This document shows, piece by piece, positions 30,994 through 40,802 of a stretch of 64,000 nt of DNA. This DNA comes from an uncultured Nitrospinaceae bacterium. GTDB taxonomy: Bacteria > UBA8248. The notes below the pieces were generated by a model. That model was not told the DNA's origin, searched no databases, and worked only from the letters and a program-made list of their open reading frames with translations. Location: contig CAXFSR010000017.1 of NCBI GenBank assembly GCA_964005815.1, positions 160,001 through 224,000 of the forward strand, read 5' to 3'. The position numbers and the translations under genes were made by a program. Numbering within the stretch: position 1 is the first letter of the stretch; every line of letters starts with the position of its first letter.

Positions 30994-31855
30994 AAGTTTC
31001 TTCACCTTTTAATGGTTTTTTACTTTTTACGCAAACAAAAGTTTCTTCGCCATACAACCATCTACCCGTCAAGCGTACAAACCACCAAAAGAAGTTTCCT
31101 GTTATTTGACTCTTATGTTGAACTAGTGCTTTCCATTTTTTCCCTAAAAAAGATCTTATATCTATGTATGTAGTAATTTCATGATCGGGAACACCATATT
31201 TGTCTTCTCTAAAATCTGGATCGTCCAAAGGAGTTTTTGCACCAAAAAATTTCATCCACTTCCATGTTTTAATCATTTTTGATCTTGCCCAGGCAGTATA
31301 ATAAATTTTTTCAACTTTCCAGCAATTTAATTCTTCAGTGATAAATGTAGAATCCTCAGATAGCCTTATCGCTTCGCTAGTGACCTTGTGAGTCATAATA
31401 TGATCTGGATGTCCATAGCCACCTCTTTCGTTATAAGTAATAACGACATGAGGCCTATGTTTTCTAATAAGGAAAGCTACCTTTTGTGAGACCACCGATA
31501 AATCTGCATTCATAAAAGCCTCACTATTATCATTACTATCCCAACCATCCATTCCCGAATCTTTATATCCAAGGGTATATAATCTTTGCACACCCAATAT
31601 TTTTGTAGCTTTTTTTAATTCCGAAATACGAATTTCTCCTAATCGTTCTTGTGGTGATGACGCACTTTTGATGTCTTTCTCAAGACTCCTATCTTTGATT
31701 TCTCCCATTTCTCCATTAGTACATGTAACAAGTATAACTTCATGTCCATCTTTTACAGATTTGATAATTAATCCACCTGTAGAACTACATTCATCGTCTG
31801 GATGAGCGTGTACTATTAGTAACGAATACGAAGATTTTTGTTGGTTAGATTTCAA
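30974..31855 (-). CDS. PIG-L/LmbE-family Zn deacetylase/amidase, MshB/Mca-like
   Basis: HAHPDDE, TCTNGEMGE, LGYKDSGM, TYNERGGYGHPDH, HKSQ. Confidence 0.88.
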   Translation of the reverse strand: MKSNQQKSSYSLLIVHAHPDDECSSTGGLIIKSVKDGHEVILVTCTNGEMGEIKDRSLEKDIKSASSPQERLGEIRISELKKATKILGVQRLYTLGYKDSGMDGWDSNDNSEAFMNADLSVVSQKVAFLIRKHRPHVVITYNERGGYGHPDHIMTHKVTSEAIRLSEDSTFITEELNCWKVEKIYYTAWARSKMIKTWKWMKFFGAKTPLDDPDFREDKYGVPDHEITTYIDIRSFLGKKWKALVQHKSQITGNFFWWFVRLTGRWLYGEETFVCVKSKKPLKGEETSIFEGL

Positions 31856-31871
31856 AATAGAAGAAAAAAAT

Positions 31872-32888
31872 CTATTGATGTTCCCAAATATCGCCTGTTC
31901 TTAAAAGACTATCTAAATCAGGATCTTTCTTAGATTGCGCATCTTTTACTTGACTTTCTACACCTTGTTCAAAGACCGGTCTATTAATTTGCCTTAGTAT
32001 TCCAAGTGGTACAGGACCCCCTTCAGTTTCCATTCTACTCAACATATAAGCGTATGCGCCTGTTTCCTCTTTTTGGTCATGAACTATTACCTGACCAGAA
32101 TCTGCAGAAACTGTTGTGCAATTATATCCATCAAAGGCTATACCCTTTCTATCTTCTTTCGGACCATAAAGAAGAGGTTGTCCATCTTCTAAATAAACGA
32201 CGTTTTCTTCCTTAACACCTTTTTCCGTATATTGACTCCAGGCACCATCATTAAAAACAATACAATTTTGTAAAATTTCTACAAATGCGGTTCCTTCATG
32301 CTCAGCGGCCGCTTTTAAAATAGAACCCATATGCTTTTGATCTCTATCTACAGTCCTTGCGATAAAAGTACATTCTGCACCAAGTGCTAATGTAAGTGGA
32401 TGTAGAGGAGCATCGATGGAACCAACCGGCGTTGATTTTGTTTTAGAACCAATTAAAGAAGTAGGAGAATATTGCCCTTTGGTTAGACCATAAATACGAT
32501 TATTAAACAGTAGAATCTTCACTCCAACATTTCTACGCATTGTATGTATTAAATGATTCCCTCCAATACTTAGAGCATCACCATCTCCAGAGATAACCCA
32601 TACAGAAAGATCTGGCTGAGTAACCTTCATGCCAGTAGCAAATGAAGGAGCTCGACCATGTATAGTATGAAAACCATATGTATTCATATAATAAGGAAAC
32701 CTTGCTGCACAGCCTATTCCACCTACAAATACAAAATTTTCTCTGGGAATTTCTAATTCCGGCAAAACCTTCTGCATCTGAGCTAAAATCGCATAATCAC
32801 CACAACCAGGACACCATCTAACTACTTGATTAGATTGAAAATCTTTTCGTGTTAATCCTAATCCTTCTACCTCAACTTTTGCTTCCAA
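31872..32888 (-). CDS. korB: 2-oxoacid:ferredoxin oxidoreductase beta subunit
   Basis: WCPGCGD, GIGC, HTIHGRA, GDGDALSIGGNH, NNRIYGLTKGQYSPT. Confidence 0.92.
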   Translation of the reverse strand: MEAKVEVEGLGLTRKDFQSNQVVRWCPGCGDYAILAQMQKVLPELEIPRENFVFVGGIGCAARFPYYMNTYGFHTIHGRAPSFATGMKVTQPDLSVWVISGDGDALSIGGNHLIHTMRRNVGVKILLFNNRIYGLTKGQYSPTSLIGSKTKSTPVGSIDAPLHPLTLALGAECTFIARTVDRDQKHMGSILKAAAEHEGTAFVEILQNCIVFNDGAWSQYTEKGVKEENVVYLEDGQPLLYGPKEDRKGIAFDGYNCTTVSADSGQVIVHDQKEETGAYAYMLSRMETEGGPVPLGILRQINRPVFEQGVESQVKDAQSKKDPDLDSLLRTGDIWEHQ

Positions 32889-32889
32889 T

Positions 32890-34749
32890 CTAGAGTATCT
32901 CCTCTATCTTTGAGATCAATTCCGAAATTTTAAATGGTTTTCCTCTAACAAGATTTAGTCCTATAGTTTCTACGAGGAATTCATAACGAATCATTTTTGA
33001 TAACTGTCCCAAATTAATCTCAGGAACAAGAACTTTTTTGAAATTCTTTAAGATTTCTCCAAGATTTTTTGGGAAAGGATTTAAGTGTGTGAGATGAACA
33101 TGGGAAACAGAAGCTCCTCTTGCCTGTAAGATCTCAACTGCAGCTAAAATAGACCCGTATGTTCCTCCCCATCCTAGTACTAGAACATCACCACTATCCT
33201 TACCAAATACGTCTGCATCAGGAATATCATTAGCGATACCAGCAACTTTTTTTGCTCGTATTCTACACATCATGTCATGGTTATCAGGATCGTAACTAAT
33301 ATTTCCAGTGCCGTCTTGTTTTTCTATACCACCAATACGGTGTTCATAACCAGGTTTACCGGGCACAGCCCACGGTCTACTTAATAATTCTGGATCCCTG
33401 TCATATGACATAAACGATTCAGTTGGTCCTAATTCTCTAACAATATTCATTTCTGGAATTTCTTCAGATTTTGGGAGAAGCCAAGGTTCAGAACCATTGC
33501 CTAAATAACCATCACTTAAAAGAACTACCGGTGTCATATATTTTACAGCAATTCTAGATGCTTCAACTGCAGCCCAGAAACAATCCGAAGGAGTTTTTGC
33601 TGCTACTATAGGAATGGGACTCTCACTATTTCTACCAAACATACATTGCAATAGATCTGCCTGCTCAGTTTTTGTAGGCAAACCAGTACTAGGACCACCT
33701 CTTTGAATATTTACTATAACTAAAGGTAATTCTGTCATTACAGCAAGACCCATCGCTTCACCTTTCAAAGCAATTCCTGGGCCACTTGAGCAGGTCACTC
33801 CCAGAGAACCAGCAAAAGATGCACCTATCGCTGCAGAAACGGCAGCGATTTCATCTTCAGCCTGAAATGTATAGACCCCAAAATTTTTATGTCTAGAAAG
33901 CTCATGCAAAACATCACTTGCTGGAGTGATAGGATAAGCACCCCAAAATAATTTTAATCCAATTTTCTGAGTTGCAGCAATAAACCCATATGCCAAAGCA
34001 ACATTTCCTGAGATATTTCTATAAGTACCAGGAGGATAAGTTGCTTCACGTACAATGTAATTTGCTGCAAAAATTTCAGCATTTTCTCCAAAATAATAGC
34101 CTGCCTCTAGAGCCCTTGTATTTGCAGTAACAAACTCTTCGTTCTTAGAAAACTTTTCTTTAATCCATTCCTTTGTTGGTTCTAAGGGACGAGAATACAT
34201 CCAGTACATAAGACCAAGTGCAAAGAAATTCTTACATCTATCAGAAAGATTAGACTGGATTTCTACATCTTCTAAGGCTTTACGAGTCATTGATGTGATT
34301 TTAACTTCGTGAAGTTGGTATGCAGATTTTAAAGCATCATCTTCAAGTGGATTGGAATCATATTCTGCTTTCTCTAAATCTTTTTCATTAAAATTATCAA
34401 CATTAGCAATTATAACGCCGCCCTTTTTCAAATCATGTAGATTTGCTTTTAAAGCAGCTGGATTCATAGCAACAAGAACATCAACCGAATCTCCAGGGGT
34501 ATGAACTTCTTTACTACTAAAATTAACTTGGAATCCACTGACACCTGCCAAGGTACCAGCAGGAGCTCTAATTTCTGCGGGAAAATCAGGGAATGTACTT
34601 AAATCATTTCCAGCAATTGCGGCGGCGTTTGTGAATCGATCTCCAGTCAACTGCATACCGTCTCCAGAATCACCTGCAAAACGGATAGCAACAGTTTCTA
34701 GCTCAACTAACTCCTTGTTAGCACGACTCTCTGGAGATGAATCAGACAT
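32890..34749 (-). CDS. korA: 2-oxoacid:ferredoxin oxidoreductase alpha subunit (fused gamma domain)
   Basis: AGDSGDGMQL, YPITPAS, QAEDEIAA, SSGPG, QRGGPSTGLPTK. Confidence 0.92.
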   Translation of the reverse strand: MSDSSPESRANKELVELETVAIRFAGDSGDGMQLTGDRFTNAAAIAGNDLSTFPDFPAEIRAPAGTLAGVSGFQVNFSSKEVHTPGDSVDVLVAMNPAALKANLHDLKKGGVIIANVDNFNEKDLEKAEYDSNPLEDDALKSAYQLHEVKITSMTRKALEDVEIQSNLSDRCKNFFALGLMYWMYSRPLEPTKEWIKEKFSKNEEFVTANTRALEAGYYFGENAEIFAANYIVREATYPPGTYRNISGNVALAYGFIAATQKIGLKLFWGAYPITPASDVLHELSRHKNFGVYTFQAEDEIAAVSAAIGASFAGSLGVTCSSGPGIALKGEAMGLAVMTELPLVIVNIQRGGPSTGLPTKTEQADLLQCMFGRNSESPIPIVAAKTPSDCFWAAVEASRIAVKYMTPVVLLSDGYLGNGSEPWLLPKSEEIPEMNIVRELGPTESFMSYDRDPELLSRPWAVPGKPGYEHRIGGIEKQDGTGNISYDPDNHDMMCRIRAKKVAGIANDIPDADVFGKDSGDVLVLGWGGTYGSILAAVEILQARGASVSHVHLTHLNPFPKNLGEILKNFKKVLVPEINLGQLSKMIRYEFLVETIGLNLVRGKPFKISELISKIEEIL

Positions 34750-35019
34750 CTAAAATTGACCCTTAATAAAAAACATTTAAATAATTAAAAATCAAATAAA
34801 AAGAATAGCAACTCGCAAATTATTACGAAATAGAACTTACTCGTCAAATAAATTTTTAAATTTAAATAATTAAAATACATTTCCTGTTTTTAAGAGGATA
34901 TTATTTTAAAAGAAAAATATATAATGAAAGAAATCTGTTGTGTAAAACTCAACGAATATGATATTAATCGAATCTCATTTAAATAAAAATTTACAAATCA
35001 AACTCACGGAGATTTAAGC

Positions 35020-36249
35020 ATGCTTTATAATAAAAGTAGAGCGCTATCATTAATGCAAGAAAACAATCTCGAAGCAATTATTGCAACTACACATGAAAAT
35101 GTTACATATCTAACTGGTCACGTTGGCTGGGCTCAAAGAGTTTATAGACAAAGAAAAAGTTGTGCGTTGCTTACGAACAATCCTGATGCAGGAACTGACC
35201 TAATTATGAATAGAGCAGACAACACATACTATGCAGCTTATGGTGGTTACGCAGAAAATGTTTATAGTTACGGTGGGCAAGCCTATCACATAGGTCAGGA
35301 TAATTACGAAACTGAAAATATTGAATTTGAAAAATACTTACAACTACACAATAGCGGTGGAGAAAACCCTACTCTTCTTGAAGCACTGGTAAAAGCACTA
35401 AAAAATAGAGACATAACGTCAGGGAACATCGCTTTGGATGAAGAAGGATGCTCTGAAAGTTTATTTTCCGCATTAGAGAATGAATTTCCAAATTGCAATT
35501 TTTTTCCTGCATCAGGATTATTTCTAATGATTCGACTAGTAAAAACAAATGAAGAACTTGAAATTTTAAGAGATGCTGCTTCTATTAATGAAAATGCCAT
35601 ACAGCAGGTTTTTAATTTTGTAAAAGAAGGAGTCTCGGAAAATGAAGTAGCAGAAATTTGGAGACAAGCAGTCGCAAAACCTGGTGGAATGTGGCATTGG
35701 TTCCATTTTAACAGTGGCCATAGGAGTGTTTTTATCTTTCCACCAACTGAAAAGAAATTACAAAAAGGCGATTTGTTTATGTTTGATGCAGGATTATTTT
35801 ACAAAAACTATAATGCAGATACGGGCAGTTGTGGTTGTATTGGAGAACCAACAGATCGAATCAAAAAAGAATGGTCTGCTATTCAAGATGGGTTCCTTCA
35901 ATCATTGGAAGTCGTAAAAGCAGGATGCACTGGAGGACAAATATATAAAGCATTAATTTCGGGTATTAAATCAAAATTTCCTGAATTTGATGCTCCATTT
36001 GCAGGACATACGATTGGATTAGAAGCACGAGAGTTTCCCTTTATTTTAGGTGAGGAAACAAAACATAATCAAAAATTTCTTCCAAGTACTTCAGAAATTC
36101 CTTTGCCTGTAAATTCCGTAATTAACATTGAGGCTCCGATAGGAACTTTTGGATTTGGAGGATACCAAATAGAGTATTCAGTTATAGTTAAAGAAAATGG
36201 TTGGGAACCTCTCATAGAACAAAAAAGAGAACTTAAAATAATAGAATAA
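35020..36249 (+). CDS. M24 (Xaa-Pro peptidase/creatinase-fold) hydrolase
   Basis: ENVTYLTG, IRLVKTNEE, FDAG, ADTG, GHTIGLE, NIEAP, QIEYS. Confidence 0.85.
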   Translation: MLYNKSRALSLMQENNLEAIIATTHENVTYLTGHVGWAQRVYRQRKSCALLTNNPDAGTDLIMNRADNTYYAAYGGYAENVYSYGGQAYHIGQDNYETENIEFEKYLQLHNSGGENPTLLEALVKALKNRDITSGNIALDEEGCSESLFSALENEFPNCNFFPASGLFLMIRLVKTNEELEILRDAASINENAIQQVFNFVKEGVSENEVAEIWRQAVAKPGGMWHWFHFNSGHRSVFIFPPTEKKLQKGDLFMFDAGLFYKNYNADTGSCGCIGEPTDRIKKEWSAIQDGFLQSLEVVKAGCTGGQIYKALISGIKSKFPEFDAPFAGHTIGLEAREFPFILGEETKHNQKFLPSTSEIPLPVNSVINIEAPIGTFGFGGYQIEYSVIVKENGWEPLIEQKRELKIIE

Positions 36250-36387
36250 AAAAACACTCTTTTTTAAACAGAAAACTATTTACACTTTATACAGTTTTTT
36301 TGAGTTCTTCTTTATGTTATAAATATTTCCGTTGTAGAGGAAAAAAGTTTTATTTAAAGTAGCGAAAAATAATTCTAAGAGGTCCAG

Positions 36388-37908
36388 ATGTCTAAATATG
36401 CAATGGCAATTGATTTAAGAGCATGTATTGGCTGTCATGCCTGTACTATAGCCTGTAAATCAGAACACGACATTCCAATAGGTACTTGGCGTTGTTGGGT
36501 GAAAGAGGTAGAGAAAGGCACATTCCCAAATACGAGACGAGAGTTTCTTCCTGTTCTCTGCAATCAATGCGATGACGCCCCTTGTCAAAATATTTGTCCA
36601 ACAAAAGCACTCTTCAGAAGGAATGATGGAATTGTAGATTTGGATCCAGAATGGTGCATAGGATGTAAATCATGTATAGCAGCATGTCCTTATGATCAAA
36701 TATTCATAGACCCAAATACAAGTACTGCCGAAAAATGTAATTTTTGTTCCAACCGACTGGAAGCAGATTTGGAACCTGCGTGTGTTGTTGTTTGTCCAAC
36801 AGAGTGTAGAGTCTTTGGTGATTTAGAAGACCCAGATGCTAAAATCAATAAATTATTAACACATGAACCACATAATGTAAGAAAACCTGAATACAACACT
36901 TCTCCAAATATTTATTATGTAAATGGAAGTCAACAACTTCTAGATCCAACAAAACCAATGCAATCTGGAATTTACAAACAAGGAGAAATGAGCGAAGAAT
37001 TGAAACAATCTGTTCCCGAATTTAAGAATGATCCTCAAGAAAGTCGAACAGTTTATGACACTTTCCATAATATTCCTTGGGACAAGAATATTATTACATA
37101 TTTAATGACTAAGGGTGCTAGTACAGGCTTACTAATTTTAAGTCTCTTTCTTTGGTGGGTTGGTTTCAAGAGTAGTTTATTCTCTTTCTGGATGCCTATA
37201 CTTAGTGGAGTTCTCCTAACTATCACAGGTTATGTACTTATTACGGATTTAAAAAAACCAGAACGTTTTTATTATATTTTACTTCGTTCAAATTGGAATA
37301 GTTGGATGGCATGGGGAACTTGGTTCATTACGTTAAAAGGAATATTTATTTTACTATGGTTACTAGGAGCAATGGCTGGAAATGATGGATTTTTGGACTT
37401 CATTCTTTGGCCTACTATCTTACTTTCTTTTCTTTCTTCTATTTATACTGGATTCTTCTTCGCCCAAGCTAGCGCTAGAGACCTCTGGAAAGGAAGTGAA
37501 AATACGATAGATATCGGAGTTTTATCGATTCTTAAAGGAGCATCAATTTTAGCTTTTTTCGTAATAATTTTTCCAGTCGCGGACAAAACTAACATACTGA
37601 ACACACTTGGAAACGTAATAACAGTATGTACCCTTCTTCATTTTTCAATTTTAATGTTCTCAATACTTTTACATAGATTCGGCTCTGTTGCACATGAGAG
37701 ATCCATCGAGTTAATACTTAAAGGACCTTTCAAAAAGGAATTTTGGAATGGGGCAATTATTGCCGGGTGTGCGGTTCCTATGTTTATTTTCTGGTGGATT
37801 GGATATAACTATTTTACTTTCTTAGTTGCTAGTACGCTTATAGTACTAGGTTCCTACTACTGGGATAAAATATGGGTACAAGCTGGGCAGAAAGTACCAT
37901 TGTCTTAA
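36388..37908 (+). CDS. Fused 4x[4Fe-4S] (NrfC/PsrB-like) and NrfD/PsrC-like membrane anchor
   Basis: CIGCHACTIAC, CNQCDDAPCQNICP, CIGCKSCIAACP, KCNFC…PACVVVCP, then NrfD motifs DLKKPERF…NSWMAWG and YTGFFF; GAGG RBS. Confidence 0.9.
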   Translation: MSKYAMAIDLRACIGCHACTIACKSEHDIPIGTWRCWVKEVEKGTFPNTRREFLPVLCNQCDDAPCQNICPTKALFRRNDGIVDLDPEWCIGCKSCIAACPYDQIFIDPNTSTAEKCNFCSNRLEADLEPACVVVCPTECRVFGDLEDPDAKINKLLTHEPHNVRKPEYNTSPNIYYVNGSQQLLDPTKPMQSGIYKQGEMSEELKQSVPEFKNDPQESRTVYDTFHNIPWDKNIITYLMTKGASTGLLILSLFLWWVGFKSSLFSFWMPILSGVLLTITGYVLITDLKKPERFYYILLRSNWNSWMAWGTWFITLKGIFILLWLLGAMAGNDGFLDFILWPTILLSFLSSIYTGFFFAQASARDLWKGSENTIDIGVLSILKGASILAFFVIIFPVADKTNILNTLGNVITVCTLLHFSILMFSILLHRFGSVAHERSIELILKGPFKKEFWNGAIIAGCAVPMFIFWWIGYNYFTFLVASTLIVLGSYYWDKIWVQAGQKVPLS

Positions 37909-37924
37909 TTTTCAAGGAGAAGAA

Positions 37925-40798
37925 ATGGTTTCAAAACATTTACAATCTGGAGTTGGGGCACATAATATTTCTTCGTTGGGATATCCTGAACTTTTAGAAA
38001 CTTCGAAAACAACCTCAGATTCAGATAAAACACATACTGTAAAAAAGAATGGGAAATTAAGATCCTACCCACCACCTGAAGAATGGGACAACTGGACTGA
38101 GTTTGAAAGTGGAACTTGGCCCGAAAAAACACAAAGAAATTATTCTCTTATTCCTACTCTTTGCTTCAACTGTGAAGCAGGTTGTGGTCTTCTGGCTTAT
38201 GTTGATAAAGACGATATGAAAATCAGGAAAATAGAGGGAAACCCTCTTCATCCTGGTTCTAGAGGAAGAAACTGTGCAAAAGGATGGGTAACACTGAATC
38301 AAGTAAATGACCCAGATAGAATCCTTTATCCACTCAAGAGAGTCGGCAAAAGAGGAGAAGGAGAATGGGAAAGAGTAAGTTGGGACGAAGTACTAGATGA
38401 TCTTTCAGCAAGAATCAGAAAATCTATTGAAGAAGAAAGACGTAACGAAATTATATATCATGTGGGAAGACCTGGTGAAGATGGTTTTATGTTTAGAACT
38501 CTCGCAAGTTGGGGTGTCGATGGGCATAATAGTCATACAAATGTTTGTAGTTCCTCTGCAAGAATTGGCCAGTACCTTTGGAATGGTTCAGATCGTCCAT
38601 CACCAGATTTTTCCAACGCAGAAGCAATTCTTTTAATAAGCAGTCATTTAGATACAGGCCACTACTTTAACCCTTCAGCTCAGCGCATTATTGAAGCTCA
38701 ATTAAACGGTGCTAAAATCATTGTAATAGACCCGAGACTTTCAAATACTGCGGCTAAAGCAGACTACTGGCTTCCTGCGTATAGCGGAACAGAACCTGCA
38801 ATCTTACTTGCTATTGTTCGCTACTTGTTAGAAACCGGACAATTTGACGAAAAATTTGTTGAAGAATGGTTTAACTGGGCCGAATATTTGAGTTCTGTTC
38901 ATCCTCAAGATGAAATTACTTTTGACAATTTCATTGTTAGGCTAAAAGAAGAATATGCTGAATTCACTTTTGAATATGCATCTGAGGAAACAGGTGTTTC
39001 AATAGAACAAATAGCAGAAGTTGCTCAGGTGATTGCTAGAGCAGGTAGTCGACTATGTGTTCACGTATGGAGAGCAGCAGCTACAGGCAATTTGAATGGA
39101 TGGCAAGTTGCAAGATGCCTACATTTTATTCCATCTTTGACTGGCGCAATAGGTACTGTCGGAGGAACACATTTAGCAAGTTGGCATAAATTCGTTCCTT
39201 CTCATCCAAATCCTGCACCCGGCCCCAAAGACTGGAACGAATTACTTTACCCTACAGAATATCCACTAGCTCATTTTGAAATGAGTTTCTTAATGCCACA
39301 CCTGATGAAAGACAAAGGACATAAAATAGACACATATTTTACCCGTGTTTATAACCCTGTATGGACGAATCCAGACGGTTTTATGTGGGTAGATATGCTA
39401 AGAGATGAAAATAAAATCGGTTGTCACGTCGCACTTACTCCCACTTGGAGTGAGACTGCGTGGTTTGCTGATTACATCTTACCGATGGGAGTTGCTACAG
39501 AAAGACATGACAATCAGAGTCAAGAAACTCATCCAGCGAAATGGTTTGGATTCAGGCAACCTGTTCTCCGTGTCGCTAGAGAAAAACTAGGTGAAACTGT
39601 TGAAACGACTAGAGAAACAAACCCGGGTGAAGTGTGGGAAGAAAATGAATTTTTAATAGAACTTTCTTGGAGAATTGACCCTGATGGTTCATTAGGAATC
39701 AGAAAATATTTCGAAAGTCCATATAGAAATGGAGAGAAAATTACAGTTAACGAGTATTATCAATGGATGTTCGAAAATGGAGTACCTGGACTTCCAGAAG
39801 CGTCCGAAAAAGAGGGCCTTTCTCCATTAGAATATATGAGAAAATATGGAACTTTCACCGTGGAAGATAATGTCTATGAAGTACACATGAAAGAACTTCC
39901 CGAGGATGACCTTAACAGTGCAGATATTACTGAACTAGATGGAACTATTAATGATAATGGAAAAACTATTGGGAATATGAGTAAAGGAAAAGCTCGAATT
40001 GGCTTCAATACTCCATCAAAAAAATTAGAATTTTACAGCGCGACTATGACTGATTGGAACTGGCCAGAACATGCAATTCCTTCCTACAAAAAAACACATG
40101 TTTACTGGAGAGACATGGATAAGAGTGAAAATGAATTTGATTTACTACCTAATTATAGACTACCAACTTTGATACATACTAGATCTGCAGTGAAATGGTT
40201 ATACGAAATTACTCACAATAATCCTCTCTGGATACATACCGAAGATGCAAATCGTATGGGCATCAAAACAGACGACTTAGTCAAGGTAGAAACTGAAATA
40301 GGTTATTTCGTAACACGTTGCTGGGTAACAGAAGGTTTGAAGCCAGGAATAGTTGCAATGGCTCACCACCTAGGACGTTGGAGATTAAATGAAAATATCG
40401 GGGCACCTAAAATTGCTTCTGCTTTAGTTGAAATAGAAGAACAGGACAGTGAATTTACTATGAATCAAATTCACGGGGTTCAACCATTTAAAAGTGATGA
40501 CCCAGATACCGAAAGAATATGGTGGAAAGAAATAGGAGTAAATCAAAACTTAACTTTTCCTGTAAATCCTGATCCTATTAGTGGTATGCACTGTTGGCAT
40601 CAAAAAGTAAAATTAACCAAAGCGACTTCTTCAGAAAGTTATGGAGATATTAAAGTAGATACAGAAAAAAGTTTTGCACACTACAAAAAATGGCTAGAAA
40701 TGGCTAGACCTGCTCCAGGACCAGATGGTCTAAGAAGACCTCTCTGGTTTTTAAGACCAAATAAACCACAAGCAGATGCTTATTTGCTAGAGGAGTAA
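37925..40798 (+). CDS. Mo/W-bisPGD oxidoreductase catalytic subunit, Psr/Arr/Ttr-like clade, no Tat signal
   Basis: CFNCEAGC…NCAKG, RILYPLKRVG, HNSHTNVCSS, DPRLSNTA, SETAWFADYILP; AAGGAG RBS. Confidence 0.92.
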   Translation: MVSKHLQSGVGAHNISSLGYPELLETSKTTSDSDKTHTVKKNGKLRSYPPPEEWDNWTEFESGTWPEKTQRNYSLIPTLCFNCEAGCGLLAYVDKDDMKIRKIEGNPLHPGSRGRNCAKGWVTLNQVNDPDRILYPLKRVGKRGEGEWERVSWDEVLDDLSARIRKSIEEERRNEIIYHVGRPGEDGFMFRTLASWGVDGHNSHTNVCSSSARIGQYLWNGSDRPSPDFSNAEAILLISSHLDTGHYFNPSAQRIIEAQLNGAKIIVIDPRLSNTAAKADYWLPAYSGTEPAILLAIVRYLLETGQFDEKFVEEWFNWAEYLSSVHPQDEITFDNFIVRLKEEYAEFTFEYASEETGVSIEQIAEVAQVIARAGSRLCVHVWRAAATGNLNGWQVARCLHFIPSLTGAIGTVGGTHLASWHKFVPSHPNPAPGPKDWNELLYPTEYPLAHFEMSFLMPHLMKDKGHKIDTYFTRVYNPVWTNPDGFMWVDMLRDENKIGCHVALTPTWSETAWFADYILPMGVATERHDNQSQETHPAKWFGFRQPVLRVAREKLGETVETTRETNPGEVWEENEFLIELSWRIDPDGSLGIRKYFESPYRNGEKITVNEYYQWMFENGVPGLPEASEKEGLSPLEYMRKYGTFTVEDNVYEVHMKELPEDDLNSADITELDGTINDNGKTIGNMSKGKARIGFNTPSKKLEFYSATMTDWNWPEHAIPSYKKTHVYWRDMDKSENEFDLLPNYRLPTLIHTRSAVKWLYEITHNNPLWIHTEDANRMGIKTDDLVKVETEIGYFVTRCWVTEGLKPGIVAMAHHLGRWRLNENIGAPKIASALVEIEEQDSEFTMNQIHGVQPFKSDDPDTERIWWKEIGVNQNLTFPVNPDPISGMHCWHQKVKLTKATSSESYGDIKVDTEKSFAHYKKWLEMARPAPGPDGLRRPLWFLRPNKPQADAYLLEE

Positions 40799-40802
40799 GA
40801 AA

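Noticed and set aside
4244..34749. sdh/frd plus korAB as evidence for reverse-TCA carbon fixation
   Set aside because: Both enzyme types also run oxidatively in heterotrophs; no citrate-cleaving enzyme is in the window
34775..34875. 16-bp direct repeat ATTTAAATAATTAAAA in the korA/M24 intergenic region
   Set aside because: Pure A/T sequence within a very AT-rich spacer; cannot be distinguished from chance without comparative data
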